From positions 1-52,530 of the IMG/VR virus record IMGVR_UViG_3300032325_000423: a DNA stretch of 52,530 nucleotides. The stretch is one strand, 5' to 3'. This document shows positions 45,880 through 52,530 of this stretch, one piece after another. This DNA is from a virus (lineage: Duplodnaviria; Caudoviricetes). Position 1 is the stretch's first letter; every line of letters starts with the position of its first letter. The position numbers were made by a program, and so were the translations under genes. The notes beneath the pieces were generated by a model. That model was not told the origin of the DNA. It searched no databases and saw only the letters and a list, made by a program, of their open reading frames with translations.

Positions 45880-46814
45880 CAACGTTTAATCATGTTTATA
45901 ATATAGGAGATAAAGGCCCAGTATCAGTATTAGAAGACAACATAAAGATGTTTTTGGACTGGTCTTTTCTTAATATCGGCGGATTTGTAAATATTAAAAT
46001 TCCAACAGCAAACATCTCCTCGGGAAATCTATACCAACTGAGTCTATCTACCGAACCAGGATCAACAGCAAATACATCTTGGGAGTCTACAAGAAAAGAT
46101 TGGGTTTATGAGACCGGTATTGTGCATAATAATACTTCTCCTATTAATATTTCTGGAGTATATTTAAATAATACTTTTTTACCGTCCCCCACAGGATCTG
46201 GCTCATACGGATATAAGATTAACTATCCGTTGGGCAAGGTAGTATTCAACAACCCGGTATCTGTCAACAGTACGGTATCGCTCCAATACAGCTATAGATA
46301 TGTTCAAGTATATAAAGCCAATAATACTGTTTGGTGGAAAGAATTTCAAATGGAAACGTATAATGCCACAAATTCTAAAAATAGTCCAAATACAAAAATA
46401 TCACCAGACAATCGTATTCAATTACCATCAATAGTAGTAGAGCTTACAGACAGAACATATCTAAAACCCTACCAAATAGGGTCAACAGAAAATATAGTTT
46501 ATCAAGACGTATTATTACATATTTTTAGCGAAACCCCATCCTACAGGAATTCGCTTGTTGACATGCTGCTTTTGCAAAAGGAAAAAACTCTGCATCTTAT
46601 CAATATTCAGAAAGTTGTCAAAAATGGCGTTTTTAGCACAGATATAAACGGCCAACGAAATCCTAACTTCTTAAATTATAGCCAACTATCTGGAAATCCT
46701 AACTATTACACTAATAAATATCATATTAAAGATACAGTATTATCTGAAACTAATATCATAGCAGCAAATCTATATAGCGCCGTTATACGATGGACTTTGG
46801 AAATTTTTCCATAG
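45876..46814 (+). CDS. putative tail terminator protein
   Basis: Immediately upstream of major tail gene. Confidence 0.5.
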   Translation: MTTFNHVYNIGDKGPVSVLEDNIKMFLDWSFLNIGGFVNIKIPTANISSGNLYQLSLSTEPGSTANTSWESTRKDWVYETGIVHNNTSPINISGVYLNNTFLPSPTGSGSYGYKINYPLGKVVFNNPVSVNSTVSLQYSYRYVQVYKANNTVWWKEFQMETYNATNSKNSPNTKISPDNRIQLPSIVVELTDRTYLKPYQIGSTENIVYQDVLLHIFSETPSYRNSLVDMLLLQKEKTLHLINIQKVVKNGVFSTDINGQRNPNFLNYSQLSGNPNYYTNKYHIKDTVLSETNIIAANLYSAVIRWTLEIFP

Positions 46815-46827
46815 ATTTCAGAATACT

Positions 46828-46845
46828 GGTGTACTATAAGCTAGA
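46828..46845 (+). promoter_or_regulatory. candidate late promoter GGTGTA-N8-TAGA
   Basis: GGTGTA-ctataagc-TAGA upstream of major tail gene. Confidence 0.55.
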
Positions 46846-46915
46846 TTACTTTTTCGGTTTGAAAATTAAATGATATACATGTCCTACAAAAACACTCAAT
46901 TAATGGAGTCATCTC

Positions 46916-48013
46916 ATGCCAGCAAATAACAGAATTTACTATGCAAGTCAAGCAGTACAGCTTCTTCCCTGCAATAGCGATCTTACTACTCATTATACTG
47001 ATTGGGTGGTTCCACAAGGACTACAAAGCGTTGGCATGACAACCAATTTCAACCTAGAACAAGTCTTCCAGCTAGGTCAGCTAGAGCTTTATGACAATCT
47101 AGAAGGCGTTCCAGAAGTTGAAGTCACACTAAATAAAGTTGTTGACGGAACTCCCCCACTATACTTAATTTGCACAAACGGAAATGGTTCTTTTCCATTT
47201 GCCAATGGCAAAGAAATCGCTGAGATTGTTAACAATCGAGTTTCTTTCCGTCTTGGTATTTGGCCAGACAATGTAACAGCCGCTACTGGAGCACCAGCTC
47301 ACCAAGTAACTTGCAGTGGTATGTATCTATCACGTTTTAGTTATACTATTCCTGTTGATGGAAACGTTACAGAAGAAATCACACTCGTTGGCAACAGCAA
47401 GGTATGGAGTAGTGGTTCACAAATGAACGTCAATGAGTTTAATCCTTCCACAGGCAAGAGTCCAACAGCTCCTAACGTTATGAGACGTTATAGTTTTGAT
47501 GAAAACACAGTTCTACCAACAGGAACTGCTGGTATTCCAATTCCAAGCGGAAGAAATGTTAGCAGACCATATGTTCAGAATATTACAATTAGTGCTGACC
47601 TCGGCAGAGAGGCAATCAACGAACTTGGTTCTTTCTCTCCTTACTTCCGTTATGTTAACTTCCCACTCGAAGTAACATCTGAATTTGAGGTTACAGCTAG
47701 TGATGGAGATAAGGTTGATGCCGACGACTTCTCAACAGTGAGTGGTTGCGGTAAGAGCTTTACCAATCTTCAGAACAAAGAAATCAAGGTTATTCTTTGC
47801 GGTACTGGAGCTGGTACAAACAAACTCATGTTGGATCTAGGCAAGAAGAATAAGCTAACTAGTGTTAACTATACTGGTGGAGACACTGGTGGTGGAAATG
47901 CTACAATCACTTATAGCTTCCAGACTTTCAACAAGTTTGCTATGAGTGCTAGTGGTACTTTTGCTGGAACTAGTTGGATTGATAACACTGCTGATCAAGA
48001 GTTCTACAACTAG
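46916..48013 (+). CDS. major tail (tube) protein
   Basis: GLQSVGMTTNFNLEQVFQLGQLELY..PEVEVTL pattern; synteny. Confidence 0.7.
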   Translation: MPANNRIYYASQAVQLLPCNSDLTTHYTDWVVPQGLQSVGMTTNFNLEQVFQLGQLELYDNLEGVPEVEVTLNKVVDGTPPLYLICTNGNGSFPFANGKEIAEIVNNRVSFRLGIWPDNVTAATGAPAHQVTCSGMYLSRFSYTIPVDGNVTEEITLVGNSKVWSSGSQMNVNEFNPSTGKSPTAPNVMRRYSFDENTVLPTGTAGIPIPSGRNVSRPYVQNITISADLGREAINELGSFSPYFRYVNFPLEVTSEFEVTASDGDKVDADDFSTVSGCGKSFTNLQNKEIKVILCGTGAGTNKLMLDLGKKNKLTSVNYTGGDTGGGNATITYSFQTFNKFAMSASGTFAGTSWIDNTADQEFYN

Positions 48014-48085
48014 TCCGATTGAGTTAGATAGATATTATAGGTAGACATTAGGATTCGTGGTTTATAACCGGAGATAGGACAAATT

Positions 48086-48238
48086 ATGGAAGAATTATTT
48101 AATATCATAGGAAAGCTGTACGTAGATATATATAATACTCAAAAAATTATAGAGATACTACAAACACAGATCAAGGACAAGGATAAAGAAATATCCGAAT
48201 TAAAACAAAGGAAATATTCTAAGGATGATAACGGATGA
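48086..48238 (+). CDS. small coiled-coil protein
   Basis: Manual translation MEELFNIIGKLYVDIYNTQK... 50 aa. Confidence 0.55.
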   Translation: MEELFNIIGKLYVDIYNTQKIIEILQTQIKDKDKEISELKQRKYSKDDNG

Positions 48239-49274
48239 TATACGTATTGTTCTTTATCGCATCTTGTCCGGAACTCTATTTTTTGATGTAGACTCTGAGA
48301 CATATGAATTTAAAAGAATAACAAACAAAACCAAATATGAAGCAGAAATTATTTATCGAAGCATTATCAATGACGAAAAATATAACGAATGGATAAGATC
48401 AGATAATGCAGAAATAATTATGATGAGCTTAGGACTATGGACCAAAGATACAAATGATATGATTAAAAAATTAGAGAAAAGTATAGAAAATAGTAAAGTA
48501 GAATTATTTAGTAATTTTTTATATCCAGAGAAAATCAAGAAGATTAGAAAAAGTTTAGATTCTTACAGAGGACAGCTAGACAGATTACTTTCTTCCAAGC
48601 AGAATTTCATAGTATCTCATACTCTTGAAGGACATGCTGAAAATATTAAAAATGAACATATGGTGTGTCAGAATCTATTTAAGAATAACAATAGGATTTT
48701 TGACAGTCTAAGTACTATTAATACTAGTGGATCGTATATGTACTTTAATTCATTAGTATCTGAAATTAATAAACACTCAATATCCATGTCTCAGTATAGA
48801 CAAATAGCAAGAAGCGACGAATGGAGATCCTACTGGACCTGTAATAAGACTAATATATTTGAAGACTGTGCGGCAAATTGGACAGACGAACAAAGAAGCT
48901 TGGTTAATATTACAAAAATGTACGATAACATATACGAACACCCAGAATGTCCAAACGACAAGATCATGGAAGATGACGATGCTCTAGACGGCTGGACTAT
49001 TGTACAAAAACGAAAGAATGAAAAAAATAAGAATCAGCAGTCAATAGACTCTATTAATCCTAACCTTAAGAAGGCACAAGAAGTATTTTTAATGGCGCAG
49101 GACAAAGAAGAAGCAGATAATATTTTAGGACTTAATACTCCAGATGCTTTATACAGAATGAAACAAAAAATTGCAGCCATAGATTCGGCAGGAACCATAG
49201 ACGACATTAATTTGCCAGATGTTCAAAACGAACTTAGAAACCAAACTAATCAACAAATTAAAAATAGGAAATAA
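48225..49274 (+). CDS. hypothetical protein (tail-assembly region)
   Basis: ORF track. Confidence 0.65.
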   Translation: MITDDIRIVLYRILSGTLFFDVDSETYEFKRITNKTKYEAEIIYRSIINDEKYNEWIRSDNAEIIMMSLGLWTKDTNDMIKKLEKSIENSKVELFSNFLYPEKIKKIRKSLDSYRGQLDRLLSSKQNFIVSHTLEGHAENIKNEHMVCQNLFKNNNRIFDSLSTINTSGSYMYFNSLVSEINKHSISMSQYRQIARSDEWRSYWTCNKTNIFEDCAANWTDEQRSLVNITKMYDNIYEHPECPNDKIMEDDDALDGWTIVQKRKNEKNKNQQSIDSINPNLKKAQEVFLMAQDKEEADNILGLNTPDALYRMKQKIAAIDSAGTIDDINLPDVQNELRNQTNQQIKNRK

Positions 49275-49276
49275 TT

Positions 49277-49576
49277 ATGAACAATGATGATATGCTATAC
49301 AATATGGAAAAAAGACTCAAGACCACAATGATAGGGTCAATTGCTAAATTTGAAGAATTTTTTGGACATCTATGGGAAGAAGACAATCCTAACATAGATC
49401 ATTATGATAAATTATGGGAACAAGCTAGAACGTCAATATTAAATAATGGAAATAATCAAACTAGACTTGCGCTTAATGAGTTGGCAGATTATTTATATAG
49501 TAGACAAAATTCACCAACCTTAAAACAAAAGTATCACTATAAATTTAACTTTAGGAACCGAGGAGACAACGAATGA
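49277..49576 (+). CDS. hypothetical protein
   Basis: ORF track. Confidence 0.65.
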   Translation: MNNDDMLYNMEKRLKTTMIGSIAKFEEFFGHLWEEDNPNIDHYDKLWEQARTSILNNGNNQTRLALNELADYLYSRQNSPTLKQKYHYKFNFRNRGDNE

Positions 49577-50436
49577 AGACTAAGACTTTTACCGTAAAGA
49601 TTAACGATCAGGACAAGGAGATTCTTGCAAAAACCCCTTCTTTAAATGATCAGAGAGAAGCACAGAAGGTTTATAATCAAGCCTTTACAGACGCTATCAA
49701 GAGCAAGAGCGTGGTACGAGCAAAGCTCGATGATCTACTAAAAGATCAAGGACTATGGAGCGATGAAAAACAGGCCCAATTCAATCTTCTTCAAAAAGAA
49801 ATTCTTGAAGGAGAAAAGAGATTAGCAAAGGGAGGTTTCAGCGTTAACGAGGCCAAGGATCTTGCTATATCAATAAAGGCTAAACGAGATGAAATTAGAG
49901 ATCTCATTAGTGTTAGAACATCTTTAGATAATCATAGCGCAGAAGGTCAGGCTGATAATGCTAGATTTAATTATCTAGTATCAGTATGTGTGGTGTATAA
50001 TGATACCAAGGAGCCTGTTTTCAAGGACATGGAAGATTATTTGAACAGATCAACAGACGAGGTTTCGATATTGGGTGCTCAGAATTTGGCTAATATGTTA
50101 TATGGTTTAGATAATGATTATGAGAGTAATTTACCAGAAAATAAGTTTTTAAAGAAATATAAGTTCGTTGACGACCAATTGAGACTAGTTGACAAAAAAG
50201 GCAGGTTAATCGATGCAGACGGCAAGCTTATCGATTCGGATAACAGATTTATTGACGAAGAAGGAAATTTCGTAGATAAATTTGGTAATAGGGTAGATAA
50301 GAATGGAGATTATGTTGTTGAGCAAGAACCATTTTTGGACGAAAACGGAAAACCAATTATTTTAGATGAAGAAAAACATGAGCAACCAACCACTCCATCA
50401 CCAGAAGTTGTTAACGAAGAGGAAAAATCGTCGTAG
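49573..50436 (+). CDS. putative tail assembly chaperone
   Basis: Directly upstream of tape measure; GAGGAG RBS. Confidence 0.55.
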   Translation: MKTKTFTVKINDQDKEILAKTPSLNDQREAQKVYNQAFTDAIKSKSVVRAKLDDLLKDQGLWSDEKQAQFNLLQKEILEGEKRLAKGGFSVNEAKDLAISIKAKRDEIRDLISVRTSLDNHSAEGQADNARFNYLVSVCVVYNDTKEPVFKDMEDYLNRSTDEVSILGAQNLANMLYGLDNDYESNLPENKFLKKYKFVDDQLRLVDKKGRLIDADGKLIDSDNRFIDEEGNFVDKFGNRVDKNGDYVVEQEPFLDENGKPIILDEEKHEQPTTPSPEVVNEEEKSS

Positions 50437-50468
50437 TATTAACATACTAGATATTATATACAATTTTT

Positions 50469-50510
50469 TAATCCCTATTCTATATAGCAGTAGATTAGGG
50501 ATTATTTTTT
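50469..50510 (+). terminator. rho-independent terminator-like hairpin
   Basis: TAATCCCTA...TAGGGATTA flanked by T tracts. Confidence 0.65.
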
Positions 50511-50526
50511 AACAAGTAGGATTTAA

Positions 50527-52530
50527 ATGTCTACAGCTTTTAATTTAACAGCCCAGCTAAATCTAAGAGGTCCAACCAATGTTAGAAATATTGTATCTAG
50601 CATTAGAAGACAATTGGGTAGTATCACAGCGAATGTTGATCTTAGAATAGATCCTTCGGCCTCAAGAAATCTTACACAACTTAATACAGCATTAACTAAC
50701 TTTAATAGAACTCTCAGAACCACACAGACAAATGCTGCCACAACAGCAAATGCGCTCAGGGCATTATCTAATGCTATTAGTGGAATAAATGCTAATAATC
50801 TTCCTCAAAATATGACCAACATCGCTACTGCATCAAACAGAGCAGCACAAGCGACAGGCCGAGTTACCACTCAAGTTGGACAAGCAAGAAACCAAATGGA
50901 AGAATTTGGAAGACAATCAGCTATTGCTGTTCGTAGATTTGCAGCTTTTAGTATTTCTGCTGGTATTATTCTTGGATTTACTAATGCTGTTAGACAGGGA
51001 GCAAGCGCTTTTGTAGCGTTCGATAAAGAGTTGGTTAAATTACAACAGGTTACAGGAGAATCTGCAAGCGGTTTAGCGGGACTACAAAAAACTATTGCTG
51101 GTTTAGCTTCTGGTCTAGGAGTAAGTTCATCAGAATTGATTAGTGTTTCGTCCACATTAGCACAGGCAGGCTTGAGTGCCAGAGACACAGAGAGAGCACT
51201 AAAGGCTTTAGCACTAAGTTCTTTGGCTCCGTCTTTTGATGATATGAATAAGACTGTAGAGGGAAGTATTGCTCTTATGAGACAGTTCGGTATTGGTGCT
51301 GGAGAATTAGATCAAGCTTTAGGTTCTGTTAATGCTGTTGCTGCTAAGTTTGCTGTAGAAGCTAGCGATATTATTGCTGCTATTCAGCGTACCGGTGGTG
51401 TGTTCTCTTCTGCTAGCAAGGGAGTTAGCGAAGGCACACAAGCATTGAATGAATTTATTGCTGTATTTACTAGTATTCGTGCTACTACTCGTGAAAGTGC
51501 AGAAACTATTGCTACTGGTCTAAGAACAATTTTTACTCGCGTACAAAGAGGAGAAACGATTGAAGCTTTGAAGCAGTACGGAGTAAATCTTACCGATGTA
51601 GAAGGGAAATTCGTTGGAGCATATAAGGCTGTGGAGCTTTTATCTAGAGGTCTTCGTAGCATTGACCCGAGAGATCTAAGATTTTCACAAATAGTAGAAG
51701 AACTCGGTGGTTTTAGACAGATTGGAAAGGTTATTCCACTTATTCAACAGTTCGGAACCGCGCAGCAAGCACTCGCTGTTGCTCAAAGGGGTCAGGGGTC
51801 TCTAGCGGAAGATGCTGCCATAGCACAATTCTCATTAGCTAATCAGATAGCAAAAGTTAGAGAAGAATTCCTAACACTTATTCGAGATATCGGAGGAACA
51901 GACACGTTTAAGACGATAGCAAGTAGCGCTTTAGGTTTAGCTAGTGCTTTAATCAAGGTGGCAGATAGCCTTAAAGGAGTTTTGCCTGTTTTGGGTGTTG
52001 TGATGGCCATCAGAGGAGCATCTGCTTTATCTAGTTATACTAGAGGTTTTGCTGGAGGTATGAGTAGTGGACCAGGAAGAGGTCGCAGAGCAGCAAAAGG
52101 AGGATATATTCAATACGCAGAAGGAGGCAGTGTTCCTGTTGCTCTTATGCCAGGAGAAGCTGTAATATATCCGAAAGCAGCAAAAAAAATAGGAACCCAG
52201 ACTCTACGAAAGATGAACTATGCAGACAAGAGACAAAAAAGAGCCGAAGGCGGTGCGGTGGGTGTGGTTCCTGGCTCGGGAAATACTGATAGTTTTTATA
52301 CGTCTCTACCAGAAGGAAGTTTTGTTATAAGAAAAGCAGCTACTGAGTTTATGGGAGTTGGAGCTATTAATGACATAGCATCTGGTAGACAAAAGTTTGC
52401 CGACGGCGGAGATGTCCGCAATATTAAAACTCGCAAACAACTTCAGAAATATCTTTACGGCAAAAAGAGCACAACGCCAGACACTCTGGTCGGTAGCGAT
52501 GTTCGTATTACCGGTAGGCTACGCAGACAA
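50527..52530 (+). CDS. tape measure protein (TP901-type, runs off window)
   Basis: Open frame from ATG 50527 MSTAFNLTAQLNLRGP...; FDKELVKLQQVTG, AQAG, RESAETIATGLRTIFTR motifs. Confidence 0.88.
   Translation, partial: MSTAFNLTAQLNLRGPTNVRNIVSSIRRQLGSITANVDLRIDPSASRNLTQLNTALTNFNRTLRTTQTNAATTANALRALSNAISGINANNLPQNMTNIATASNRAAQATGRVTTQVGQARNQMEEFGRQSAIAVRRFAAFSISAGIILGFTNAVRQGASAFVAFDKELVKLQQVTGESASGLAGLQKTIAGLASGLGVSSSELISVSSTLAQAGLSARDTERALKALALSSLAPSFDDMNKTVEGSIALMRQFGIGAGELDQALGSVNAVAAKFAVEASDIIAAIQRTGGVFSSASKGVSEGTQALNEFIAVFTSIRATTRESAETIATGLRTIFTRVQRGETIEALKQYGVNLTDVEGKFVGAYKAVELLSRGLRSIDPRDLRFSQIVEELGGFRQIGKVIPLIQQFGTAQQALAVAQRGQGSLAEDAAIAQFSLANQIAKVREEFLTLIRDIGGTDTFKTIASSALGLASALIKVADSLKGVLPVLGVVMAIRGASALSSYTRGFAGGMSSGPGRGRRAAKGGYIQYAEGGSVPVALMPGEAVIYPKAAKKIGTQTLRKMNYADKRQKRAEGGAVGVVPGSGNTDSFYTSLPEGSFVIRKAATEFMGVGAINDIASGRQKFADGGDVRNIKTRKQLQKYLYGKKSTTPDTLVGSDVRITGRLRRQ

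Noticed and set aside
32975-51662. Minus-strand ORFs in the late region
   Set aside because: Shadows of long plus-strand structural genes, including the tape measure
52095-52410. Repeated A(E/D/K)GG peptide motifs in tape measure
   Set aside because: Common feature of tape measure C-terminal regions; not novel
29160-52530. Stop-codon recoding (alternative genetic code)
   Set aside because: Conserved genes are full length under code 11, TAG/TGA act as real stops, and no suppressor tRNA was seen

Overview
A 52.5 kb segment of a large tailed dsDNA phage. The host is probably a bacterium of the Planctomycetota type; this is an inference from the style of several secreted-protein ORFs and is not proven. 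1-9.4 kb: densely packed small minus-strand ORFs (ASCH, NUDIX, secreted peptides, tRNA-Gly). 9.4-28.8 kb: a more GC-rich early/accessory region on the minus strand, cut into about 0.7-1.9 kb promoter-led modules by 17 copies of a strictly sized 82-bp element (two 29-bp 11-7-11 palindromic sites, consensus CSTAAGTNCTT-N7-AAGNACTTACG, separated by an invariant-length 24-bp linker that is GC-rich in 16 of 17 copies). This region also holds a tRNA cluster (including an unusual Ser-ACT), two free-standing endonucleases, two tRNA-like RNAs, a roughly 650-nt ORF-free structured RNA region, four perfect sigma54 boxes and a second 45-bp repeat family. 28.8-35 kb: glmS, fcl, gmd, a phage sigma-like factor, HNH and ERCC4 nucleases. 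35.5 kb to end: a plus-strand virion module (terminase, portal, protease/scaffold, capsid, neck, major tail protein, partial tape measure). No recombinase or cas gene is visible in the window. All calls were made by eye and no searches were run.
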